A stretch of DNA of 64,000 nucleotides from an uncultured Candidatus Saccharibacteria bacterium (GCA_964574145.1 CAZNKJ010000001.1:16852-80851), one strand, 5' to 3'; positions 20,728 through 29,160 are shown, counted from the stretch's first letter. Notes: generated by a model from the sequence alone, not told the origin. Numbers and translations are program-made.

Positions 20728-21582
20728 CTAGTTGGAAACGGGCACACCTTGTTTGCCTTTGTCCTCGTCGCGCTTTCTTCGAATGAAGGTGCGAACGAAG
20801 TAGACTGCAAACTCCAGCGAGACCAGACCAACGCAGAATGCGATCCACTCAAGGAGTGCTGAATTTGTAACATCATCCATTGCAAAAATTCCAGCAAATA
20901 CGGTAATGAAAAATCCAATAATCCAGCCCCCAAAAATTCCAGCAATTACGCTGACAGACCTCGCAGTAGCTGGACTTATGACATTTCCGGCAGCGGTTGC
21001 TACAGATACACTTGCAAAAATTCCAGCAATTACGCCTGTAAGCATCGCAACTAGTGGACTCACGACAGTCCCAATGAGAACCCCAACAATGATCCCCACA
21101 ACAATTCCAAAGCTCGCAGGTCTCCACACTAAGGATTTTCCAAAAGTTCCTGAGATGAATGTTGCTATGACCATTAGAATCATAATTCCTTGGAAGTCGT
21201 TCCTTGCGCTTATAGATGTAAGGGATTTACTGCTCCAGTCACCTTCGTCGTAAAAAATCGTTACCGTAGTCAAGGAGTTTTTCGGAGGGAATATGCTTGA
21301 AAGCGAAGATTCCCTACTGACTTCTGGTGAATAATACCTAATGGCTCTCCTCAGCTGAAGTGAGTTTAGCTCTATTCCCTTCGAGCAGAGCGTTTTCACC
21401 AACGTCTTGAGACTGTCTGACGCTGGTATTGCCGTTGCGGACATTTTTAACTGTGCTGTAGGTGGAGATAAACATGCTTCTGATGTTCTTGCCATTGTTG
21501 GTGTTTGATCAACAGCAATGGCAGGAGTGTTCACCAACACTCCCCCAACCAAAATTATCGCAATTCCTATGGATTTCCACAT
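20728..21582 (-). CDS. Orphan membrane protein (signal peptide, small extracellular domain, multiple GxxxG TM helices)
   Basis: Likely start MWKSIGIAI at 21582; repeated (V/F)xAGIF TM motifs. Confidence 0.65.
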   Translation of the reverse strand: MWKSIGIAIILVGGVLVNTPAIAVDQTPTMARTSEACLSPPTAQLKMSATAIPASDSLKTLVKTLCSKGIELNSLQLRRAIRYYSPEVSRESSLSSIFPPKNSLTTVTIFYDEGDWSSKSLTSISARNDFQGIMILMVIATFISGTFGKSLVWRPASFGIVVGIIVGVLIGTVVSPLVAMLTGVIAGIFASVSVATAAGNVISPATARSVSVIAGIFGGWIIGFFITVFAGIFAMDDVTNSALLEWIAFCVGLVSLEFAVYFVRTFIRRKRDEDKGKQGVPVSN

Positions 21583-21681
21583 AACCAAATACCTTTCTTT
21601 GTAAGTAAGGTGGGTGTACTCTTTTCGTCTACTTCTAGTAGAACACATCTGCACGTATTATGCAACCCCTGTGGTGTTTAC

Positions 21682-21713
21682 CATTGTGCGACATTGTAAA
21701 ATGTCGCACAATG
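21682..21713. other. Perfect inverted repeat / dif-like tyrosine recombinase site
   Basis: CATTGTGCGACATT-GTAA-AATGTCGCACAATG; can be read as 11-6-11 TTGTGCGACAT-TGTAAA-ATGTCGCACAA. Confidence 0.6.
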
Positions 21714-21721
21714 TAGAATGT

Positions 21722-22627
21722 ATGGACTTAGAAACACTCAAACGAGAATTTTTAGAACATCTTGAGATTGAAAAAGGACGAAGCTTGAAGACTGTTGAAA
21801 ATTACGACCGCTATCTTTCCAGATTTATTTCATACTCTAAAACTAAGAAACCATTTGATATCACGGATGCTCTTGTTCGAGAGTACAGGCTCTGGTTGAA
21901 TAGGCAGAAGGCACTTGGTAATGACACACTCAAACGCAATACGCAAAACTACCATCTCATAGCTTTACGCGCTTTTTTGAAATACTTACGTAAACGTGAC
22001 ATTGAGTCTCTGTCTCCCGAACGAATTGAGCTTGCAAAGGTTGGGGATCGCGCTTTAGACCTGATTACTATAGAAGAACTTGAACGCCTGATGCATGCTC
22101 CGGATGGAGAGGATCTTTCTGCTTTACGAGACAGGGCAATATTAGAACTTTTGTTTTCAACCGGATTGCGTGTTTCTGAGCTATGTTCTCTTGATAACGA
22201 CATAGATCTTTCTCAGGATGAGCTCTCAGTGCGCGGTAAGGGGGAAAAAGTGCGTGTTGTTTTTCTCTCTCCGCGTGCGAAAGATCGAGTGAAGGTGTAT
22301 TTAAAAAAGCGTAAAGACATGGACGACTCTTTATTTATACAGTTTGGTAAGAATGCAAAGAATTCTCAATCTTTACGTCTTTCCCCCAGATCAGTAGAGC
22401 GAATTGTTAAAAATTGTGCAATAAAAGCTGGGATTTCTAAAAAAGTAACTCCACACATAATACGACATTCTTTTGCCACAGACCTTCTTTCTAATGGAGC
22501 AGACTTACGTTCAGTACAGGCGTTATTGGGGCATGCGAATATTGCTACAACACAGGTTTATACGCACGTTACTGATAAACACCTTCATGATGTGCACCGT
22601 GCTTTTCATGGCAAACGTAGGAAATAA
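21722..22627 (+). CDS. Xer-family tyrosine recombinase (XerC/XerD/XerA type)
   Basis: SAM-like N-domain; RDRAILELLFSTGLRVSEL, VRGKGEKVR, TPHIIRHSFAT, LLGHANIATTQVY. Start at MDLETL (21722). Confidence 0.93.
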   Translation: MDLETLKREFLEHLEIEKGRSLKTVENYDRYLSRFISYSKTKKPFDITDALVREYRLWLNRQKALGNDTLKRNTQNYHLIALRAFLKYLRKRDIESLSPERIELAKVGDRALDLITIEELERLMHAPDGEDLSALRDRAILELLFSTGLRVSELCSLDNDIDLSQDELSVRGKGEKVRVVFLSPRAKDRVKVYLKKRKDMDDSLFIQFGKNAKNSQSLRLSPRSVERIVKNCAIKAGISKKVTPHIIRHSFATDLLSNGADLRSVQALLGHANIATTQVYTHVTDKHLHDVHRAFHGKRRK

Positions 22628-22766
22628 GTGTTACGTAGAGGCTTTCTTTTGTGTGTATAAAAAGAAGTGCTTTTAGTATTTGTTTCGTCTAATATTAAAA
22701 GTGAATAATTAATGCACTTTGGTCAGGTGTATTTTGTTAGAAATCTAATAATAATTATTAATTTAT

Positions 22767-23153
22767 ATGGACACCACTTTATTTCTTGCTCAAGTATTAG
22801 GGGTTTATATGACGGTAATTGGTATATCTATTTTGATGTACCCAAAGCGTACAAGTAAAGCTATTCATGAAATGGCAAGCGATTATTTTCTTCCCTACTT
22901 TGGCGGTACAATGGCTCTTGTCTTCGGTCTCTTAATTGTTCTTACACACAATGTGTGGGAAAACTTAACAACAAGTGCAATCAGTTTGATAGGTTGGGCT
23001 GCTCTTGTGAAAGGAATGCTCTTGTTTCTACTCCCCCATGATTCATTTGCGGAATTTGCCGAGAAGTTTAATTCGCGACACGCAATGACTATCTGGGGAG
23101 TCATTGCGTTGGTTATAGGTGTATATCTTTTGTATTCAGGGTTTATTGCGTAA
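22767..23153 (+). CDS. Small integral membrane protein (about 4 TM)
   Basis: 128 hydrophobic aa; LLIVLTHNVW and ISLIGWAALVKG motifs. Confidence 0.8.
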   Translation: MDTTLFLAQVLGVYMTVIGISILMYPKRTSKAIHEMASDYFLPYFGGTMALVFGLLIVLTHNVWENLTTSAISLIGWAALVKGMLLFLLPHDSFAEFAEKFNSRHAMTIWGVIALVIGVYLLYSGFIA

Positions 23154-23305
23154 TATATAAAACATATTTACAAACTTTACCCCTTCTTTAGTAGATTGGG
23201 GTGAGGTTTTGTGTATGTATTATGTACATAATGTGGTTAGTTATTCTAAGACAATAAAAACAGTATAAAGAAGCGCTAGGAGTGGTGTGATATTATTAAT
23301 ACTTA

Positions 23306-24082
23306 ATGAAACTGATATCTTGGAATGTTAATGGTTTGCGCGCAGTGTACCGCAAAGATAACTTGAAGGATGTTTTTGAGCACGATCCAGATATTCTTTG
23401 TCTTCAAGAAACCAAATCTTCTCCAGATCAGTTGTCTCCAGATCTCAAAAACATTAAAGGATACACTAGTTATTTTTCGTCTTCTGTGGTGAAAAAAGGT
23501 TACAGCGGAGTTGGTTTTTATATGAAAAAAAAGCCTGATTTGATTAAGTATGGTATGGGCATAGAAGAATTTGATCAAGAAGGACGTTTTATTGAAGCTC
23601 GATATGGGGATCTCGTATTTCTTAATATATATTTTCCTAACGGAGGGCAAGGCGCAGTCCGTTTAGAGTATAAGTTGCGTTTTTATGATGCATTTTTCGA
23701 GTATATTCAAGAATTACGAAAACAAAGTAAAAGTATCGTTTTTTGTGGGGACGTAAATACAGCTCATGAAGACATAGATCTTGCTCGTCCAAAAGCAAAT
23801 GAAAAAAATACAGGATTTCTTCCAGAAGAGCGAGCGTGGCTCGATGAAATAATTCGCAATGGTTACTCAGACTCTTTCCGTTATAAATATCCTAATAAAA
23901 AAGAAGCGTATACCTACTGGGATCTCAAGATGCGGAATAGAGACCGTAACGTTGGTTGGCGACTTGATTATGTATTTATATCAGCCGATTTAGAGGACAG
24001 CCTTAAAAAAGCTTTTATCTTAAACGATATATATGGCTCAGACCACTGTCCTGTGGGGATTGAGACGGAGCATAATCTGTAA
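23306..24082 (+). CDS. xth: Exodeoxyribonuclease III (AP endonuclease)
   Basis: SWNVNGLR, LQETK, KGYSGV, GDVNTAH, GWRLDY, GSDHCP. Confidence 0.95.
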   Translation: MKLISWNVNGLRAVYRKDNLKDVFEHDPDILCLQETKSSPDQLSPDLKNIKGYTSYFSSSVVKKGYSGVGFYMKKKPDLIKYGMGIEEFDQEGRFIEARYGDLVFLNIYFPNGGQGAVRLEYKLRFYDAFFEYIQELRKQSKSIVFCGDVNTAHEDIDLARPKANEKNTGFLPEERAWLDEIIRNGYSDSFRYKYPNKKEAYTYWDLKMRNRDRNVGWRLDYVFISADLEDSLKKAFILNDIYGSDHCPVGIETEHNL

Positions 24083-24139
24083 AGGACATATCCACAGACA
24101 TGTCCTTTACATGTCCTTTACGTTACTTATAATGAATAC

Positions 24140-24403
24140 AGATTCGGAGTACTGTTTATTCTGATATAAGTTCTTTTTGTTCTTTGCGAAATCCCCCTGT
24201 ACTACTGCATTAGGAAGTATTGTGCATATGTAATGAGTCACTCAGTTGTGCTATAAGCCTACATCTTCAATTAACTTTTATCTTTAGAGGCTTTAGCTCA
24301 CACTCATTAGATTTGTAGAATTTCTTTCTAAAAAATGCAGAAAAGCCGCCTTATGACGGACACAACTCTCCACATTTTGTTGTCTGTATTACGAGGCGGC
24401 TTT
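24140..24403 (+). ncRNA. Candidate structured ncRNA of unknown family (strand uncertain)
   Basis: TTTACA-N16-TATAAT at 24106-24133; long imperfect rod 24205-24340; second hairpin 24342-24403. Confidence 0.3.
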
Positions 24404-25880
24404 ATTTTACCCAATATTTATCACGTATTTTTTTTACCTCAACTTCTTCAATTTGTTCTCTTTTTTCCTTACCCTTTTCCCCAAGTTTTTTTAGATTAAT
24501 TTCAGATAATGAAAGTAATTCAAGAGCTCTTTTTTCCATATATTCAGCCGTATTTTTGGAGGGATCATCCAGTACTTCCTCAAGGAGAGCATGAAGAACA
24601 TGCCCAATTTTAGGTCCAGGTCTTTCGTTTGAAATTTTAATTACCTCGTCTCCATCTATAGCCAGCATTGAGACATTGATAGGGTCGCGTAATACTTCTT
24701 CAACCATAGATTTATATTTTCTAAATCTAAAAGGCTGTTCTTTTGGTCTTCCTGTTCCGATACGATCACAAATACGTAGATCTAATAAGTTCCAAATATT
24801 TTCCTTACCAATATTTCGGATAGTTCGCCGTACTGCAGACAGTGTAATTTTTTCTGGATCGGAAAAAAACATGTGCCAGCGTATTAATTTAACCACGGTG
24901 TCTGTAGTGTTTTTTGGAAAATGTAGGTTTTTGAGTGCGGAATGTGCGACTCTGGCGCCGACTACTTCATGTCCGTGAAAGGTCCAATCTTTTTTTTCTT
25001 CTGACCATCTTCGAGTTTCTGGTTTTGATATATCGTGAAAAAGACCTGCAAGACGTAGCTCAAATGACCATTTTTTGTCTGCCGCATGTTGAAGTGTTCG
25101 TAGGTTATGTTCAAATACGCTGAATTTATGTGCTTGATTTTGATTTATATCAACACCACGTTCTATATCTTTTGATATATATTTCAAAACCCCTAATTTG
25201 TGGGCTATGATAAGCGCCTGCATTGGCTCATCGGAATTTAAGATTCGAATGAATTCATCACGAATTCTCTCTTTTGATATACACCTTAACAGATCTGCGT
25301 TTTTTTCAATAGCATTCATTGTTTCTCCTTCGATAACGAAACCGAGTTCTGCAGAAAGTCTAATTCCTCGTAACATACGTAGAGCATCTTCTTTAAATCT
25401 CTCATCAGGATCCCCTACTGCTACGAGAAGTTCGCGCTCCAGGTCTTCCTGTCCTTTATAAAGGTCAATAATTTGTCCTTTAGAAACGTTGTATACTATT
25501 GCATTTACTGTGAAGTCCCTTCTTTTGAGATCGTCTTTTAGACTTTTACTAAAAGAGACAGAATCGGGATGTCTGGAGTTTGAGTAACCAGTTTCTACTC
25601 TGTATGGAGTCACTTCTATTACCTTAAGTCTTGAATCACTAACATCTTCGTTAATAATACCAACTGTTCCATAATTATTTTCATAAAAAGTATTATGAAA
25701 TATGCTTTGAATATCTTCTGGATGGGCATCTGTAGTAATATCCCAATCCTTAGGTTCTTTTCCCAATAATAAATTACGCACACACCCTCCGACTAGAAAC
25801 GCCTCAAAACCGGCCTTTTCCAGGCTTTCTGTTACTTGTGAAACCTCTTTTGGGATAGAAAATGGAAGCTTTTTTAACAT
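24402..25880 (-). CDS. cca: CCA tRNA nucleotidyltransferase with HD domain
   Basis: LVGGCVRN, KDWDITT, DLKRRDFTVNA, EDALRMLR, ERIRDEF, FHDISKP. Confidence 0.92.
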   Translation of the reverse strand: MLKKLPFSIPKEVSQVTESLEKAGFEAFLVGGCVRNLLLGKEPKDWDITTDAHPEDIQSIFHNTFYENNYGTVGIINEDVSDSRLKVIEVTPYRVETGYSNSRHPDSVSFSKSLKDDLKRRDFTVNAIVYNVSKGQIIDLYKGQEDLERELLVAVGDPDERFKEDALRMLRGIRLSAELGFVIEGETMNAIEKNADLLRCISKERIRDEFIRILNSDEPMQALIIAHKLGVLKYISKDIERGVDINQNQAHKFSVFEHNLRTLQHAADKKWSFELRLAGLFHDISKPETRRWSEEKKDWTFHGHEVVGARVAHSALKNLHFPKNTTDTVVKLIRWHMFFSDPEKITLSAVRRTIRNIGKENIWNLLDLRICDRIGTGRPKEQPFRFRKYKSMVEEVLRDPINVSMLAIDGDEVIKISNERPGPKIGHVLHALLEEVLDDPSKNTAEYMEKRALELLSLSEINLKKLGEKGKEKREQIEEVEVKKIRDKYWVK

Positions 25881-25944
25881 TATCTATAGTGTAGTACATA
25901 TTTTGCTCATTAGCCAATAATAGCGTATTATTAATGGGTACCTA

Positions 25945-26019
25945 GCGCCCGTGGTGAAATGGATATCATGACTGACTTCGGATCAGTTGTTGCGGGTTCG
26001 AGTCCTGCCGGGCGCACCA
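25945..26019 (+). tRNA. tRNA-Arg (anticodon UCG)
   Basis: Acceptor GCGCCCG/CGGGCGC; anticodon arm ACTGA-CTTCGGA-TCAGT; T-loop TTCGAGT; encoded CCA. Confidence 0.93.
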
Positions 26020-26364
26020 GAGAGTAAGAGAAGATTTATTTGGAAACTGGGAAATGACAAGTATCTCAAGAAAGATGCTTAAAATTGGGGGATAAGTTTT
26101 GAGTAATTAGATATATAAAGTGGTGTATCTGTGGATTATATAGAGCAGAAATGAAAACACTAGATAAGGTATACGTAGAAAGTCTGTAATAGTGCTATTT
26201 TTCTAGTGTATATGTGAATGAAAATAGAAATGAGGGTTGTTTAAAAGTAATTTCTCCTAGAAATGAAGTTCCTGTTTCTTACAGTCTTGGTAGATTAGAG
26301 AATTGGTGTCCTCAAAACAGTCGCTATAGATCACTAGTTTTTTAATATATTTTTTTAATTTAAA

Positions 26365-26394
26365 CTTGACGAAAAAAACGTCAAGTAATATACT
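26365..26394 (+). promoter_or_regulatory. Promoter with overlapping palindromic operator
   Basis: TTGACG-N17-TATACT; inverted repeat CTTGACG-N7-CGTCAAG spans the -35. Confidence 0.55.
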
Positions 26395-26416
26395 GCTAAA
26401 TATAGTGTATAGAGTT

Positions 26417-27304
26417 ATGATTTCAAATTCAAATTCAAATTCAGAAGAAGATGTCAATAAAAAGGATGGCGAAACAGGAGATTTCTCTGCAGAGCGGTTA
26501 AAAATCTTTGGACTAACAGATATTGAGATAAAAATAGTTCTGTGTCTACTGAATGTGGGTCCGTATGGAGTTAGTAAGATTTCACGTGTAACAGATATTC
26601 CGCATACTTCAATTCATTCCGCTATTCGCCGTCTTAAAAAACAAGGGTTGGTTAGGCGGGTCTCGTGTGGGTATTCTAGTGTATGGGAGGTTGTTGGTTT
26701 GGAGAAAATATATAAGAATATTGCCCACTCTCTTGAGTTATTCGAACATTCTCCACCTCAGGAGAGTTTGAACGAGCAAACAGACGCTAATGTTTCAGGT
26801 GAAACACCTTTTCAAGTATTTAAAGGGGTGGAATCTGTCTTGAGGGTATATCAGTGGTTTTTTCTTAACCATTATGGCGAAGTCGTACGAGAGGTACAGG
26901 ATTCAGAGTCGTTTAAGAGCCTTACTACAGTTCTTGGAAAAGAAATGATGGTTCAACTGAGTGATTTTAAGATAATAAACCATACCCGCTCTGAAATCAT
27001 TGTCGAAGAGCCCTTTTTGGATGTATTTAACACATACGCGAAGATAAATAGCCTATGGTTTGCGAAATTAAAGAATAGTGATTTCTTAATAAGGACTGTC
27101 TCTAGAAAAAATCTTGAAAAGAATGTGCATATGATAATTGCCCATAATTCAGCGATAATTATAGATTGGGATAGTATGACCTTAGAGCTAGTTAAGAAAT
27201 CTAGTTTACATAAGTTATTATGTGTATTTTTTCAAAATTTAAATACAGTAAGTGAGCCTCTTAACCAGCCTTATTCTGGTTATCTATTTGAGGAAAAAGA
27301 GTAA
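26417..27304 (+). CDS. TrmB-like winged-HTH transcriptional regulator
   Basis: LKIFGLTDIEIKIVLCLL...GVSKISRVTDIPHTSIHSAIRRLKKQGLV; FQVFKGVESV linker. Start at ATG 26417. Confidence 0.75.
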   Translation: MISNSNSNSEEDVNKKDGETGDFSAERLKIFGLTDIEIKIVLCLLNVGPYGVSKISRVTDIPHTSIHSAIRRLKKQGLVRRVSCGYSSVWEVVGLEKIYKNIAHSLELFEHSPPQESLNEQTDANVSGETPFQVFKGVESVLRVYQWFFLNHYGEVVREVQDSESFKSLTTVLGKEMMVQLSDFKIINHTRSEIIVEEPFLDVFNTYAKINSLWFAKLKNSDFLIRTVSRKNLEKNVHMIIAHNSAIIIDWDSMTLELVKKSSLHKLLCVFFQNLNTVSEPLNQPYSGYLFEEKE

Positions 27305-27343
27305 GCGTAGTATAATCAGAGTCGTTTTTGTGTGTTTATCTAG

Positions 27344-27414
27344 GCGGCTATGGTTAAGTGGTATAACACGTCCTTGCCAAGGATGAGTCGGGAGTTCGAT
27401 TCTCCCTAGCCGCA
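27344..27414 (+). tRNA. tRNA-Gly (GCC)
   Basis: GCGGCTA/TAGCCGC acceptor; CGTCC-TTGCCAA-GGATG anticodon arm; TTCGATT T-loop; CCA not encoded. Confidence 0.93.
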
Positions 27415-27456
27415 CAAAAATGATCATAAAAGACAAAAAATAGAAAGTTGTCCTTT

Positions 27457-27511
27457 ATATCCACAAGGTTATCCACAAATCGGTGAGTTTGCTCGTATAA
27501 TAAGTGGATAA
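27457..27511. promoter_or_regulatory. DnaA-box cluster
   Basis: ATATCCACA (27457), perfect TTATCCACA (27469), reverse one-mismatch AGTGGATAA (27503). Confidence 0.55.
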
Positions 27512-27702
27512 AGCTGTGTATTATTAAAAAGTCACTCAAAGTCAAACAAGAACCTGCCGTTGTTTATTTTTTGACTAAATGGCTTTAAATATGTGTAGAA
27601 TCTAGATTCTGGAGATTTTTTAATGTCTTTTATAAAAACATTCCATTATAGAGGATTGATTTAATTATATTATGTTACACATGAAAGCAATAATTATTTT
27701 CC

Positions 27703-28107
27703 ATGGGGAATAACTTTATTTCTACTGCAGAAGTGGGTGATTTGGGGGAGAGTATAGCTTGTAGATTTCTTACAGAAAAGGGTTTTGGTATAGTTACTCG
27801 CAACTATTGGAAAAAATGGGGAGAAATAGACATTGTAGCTGAAAAAAATGGAAAAATACATTTTATTGAGGTAAAAAGTGTTACATGTGAAAATGTTTCT
27901 TTGCAGGTAATGTTGAAAGCTTCAGAATATAGACCTGAAGAAAACGTGCATCCAAAAAAGCTAAAACGTATGCGCAGGGTTATACAATCCTACCTAATAG
28001 AGAAAAATATAAAAGAGGAAAGTTGGATTTTTGATGTTTTAATCGTAGAGATGGATATGAAGAATAGGGTCGCGAAGTGTCGTATGTTAAAGGACATTAT
28101 CCTTTAG
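27703..28107 (+). CDS. yraN: YraN family (UPF0102) putative endonuclease
   Basis: GDLGESIA...RNYWKKWGEIDIV...FIEVK. Confidence 0.9.
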   Translation: MGNNFISTAEVGDLGESIACRFLTEKGFGIVTRNYWKKWGEIDIVAEKNGKIHFIEVKSVTCENVSLQVMLKASEYRPEENVHPKKLKRMRRVIQSYLIEKNIKEESWIFDVLIVEMDMKNRVAKCRMLKDIIL

Positions 28108-28246
28108 GGCTACTTTTTGCAGAGGTCTAACCTTTGGAATTTTGAATCTTAATATTGTAGTGAATCCTATTAGCGGAGCCACACATAAACACTAGCTTAA
28201 TAGGCGACCCCTAACTGGGCGTTTGAATTTTTGGTATGATTTGAGT

Positions 28247-28945
28247 ATGAAAATTTTTATTACTGGTAGTTCAGGTTTTATAGGAGAGGAATTAGTCAGA
28301 CGTTTGTCTGGAGAGCATGAGGTTGTGGAATATGATTTGGCAAACGGCCAAGATATTTTAGATTACTACAAGTTAAAGAAGGTAATGAGCGGGTGCGATA
28401 CCGTAGTTCATCTCGCAGCCATTCGCGGTCCTGACGAAACTAAGACCTTTCGGGATTATTTTGAAGTCAATTGTCAGGGGACATTCAATGTAGTGCAATC
28501 TGCAATCGAAAACAGCGTCAAGCGGATGGTATACTCCAGCTCAACTGGATATTATGGGCTAGAGAGAGGGGTGCCCTATATCAAACCGATTAGGGAACCA
28601 AATCTTATAATTACGCAACATTTAAAAGCAGAGCAGTTAAATTGTAGGGATTGTGATGTTGCTTATTCAACTAGTAAGGTTATCGCTGAGCAAATCCTTG
28701 CGAATTACGGTCTGAGAAAAAAAATAGAGGTGGTAATTTTGAGGTTGGGGCCAATCGGGTCTGAACAACATGAAAGCTGGGGGGTTGATGGAATTACATT
28801 AAAGATAGACGGCGCCCTGCAGGCTATTGAAAAAGCAATAATGACAGGTAAAAAGATATGGTATGAAGCGCTTACTATTACGGACAAATCGAATGAGGTT
28901 GATCTTTCTAGAGCTGAAGAAGTTTTAGGCTATAGTCCGCTTTAA
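28247..28945 (+). CDS. NAD-dependent epimerase/dehydratase (extended SDR)
   Basis: MKIFITGSSGFIG, VVHLAA, YSSS, YSTSK. Start at ATG 28247. Confidence 0.88.
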   Translation: MKIFITGSSGFIGEELVRRLSGEHEVVEYDLANGQDILDYYKLKKVMSGCDTVVHLAAIRGPDETKTFRDYFEVNCQGTFNVVQSAIENSVKRMVYSSSTGYYGLERGVPYIKPIREPNLIITQHLKAEQLNCRDCDVAYSTSKVIAEQILANYGLRKKIEVVILRLGPIGSEQHESWGVDGITLKIDGALQAIEKAIMTGKKIWYEALTITDKSNEVDLSRAEEVLGYSPL

Positions 28946-29089
28946 CTGTCCAAACAGGTATAGCAGCCTCTCGTTTTTCATGTAATAGGTTCGAATAGCG
29001 TCTACGACCCGGACAGATACTTAAGACGTGCTACAAATGATAGATTGAGTTTATGGGATTAAACTGGTACTATTCGCACATTGTATAAA

Positions 29090-29160
29090 CGGGGCGTAGC
29101 ATAGTGGTAGTGTACTCGGTTTGGGACCGAGCGGTCCGAGTTCGATTCTCGGCGCCCCGA
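29090..29160 (+). tRNA. tRNA-Pro (UGG)
   Basis: CGGGGCG/CGCCCCG acceptor; CTCGG-TTTGGGA-CCGAG anticodon arm; TTCGATT T-loop. Confidence 0.93.

Larger units (their letters stand above)
25830..27894. other. Cluster of parS-like sites
   Basis: TGTTACTTGTGAAACC (25830), GATTTCACGTGTAACA (26578), TGTTTCAGGTGAAACA (26791), TGTTACACATGAAAGC (27673), TGTTACATGTGAAAAT (27879), compared with consensus TGTTNCACGTGAAACA. Confidence 0.65.
24079..28106. repeat. Cluster of TAAAGGACA/TGTCCTTTA nonamers
   Basis: Perfect copies at 24080, 24101, 24112, 25450, 25474, 27449 and 28088; one-mismatch copies at 25459, 27427 and 28098. Confidence 0.75.

Noticed and set aside
21722-22627. Tyrosine recombinase as a prophage, ICE or integron integrase
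   Set aside because: Size and motifs fit chromosomal Xer; no IntI-specific insertion evident, and no phage genes or attC arrays.
27420-27702. Firm oriC call
   Set aside because: No dnaA/dnaN nearby and no visible GC-skew inversion by eye; kept only as a hypothesis in findings.
28121-28137. AGGTCTAACCT short palindrome resembling a REP/IS200-associated repeat
   Set aside because: Single copy and no transposase in the window.
28946-29016. GGTTCGAAT and CAGG..AGCAGCC fragments suggesting a tRNA remnant, SRP RNA or attC site
   Set aside because: No cloverleaf, no GNRA helix-8 stem, and no matching attC R'/R'' boxes.
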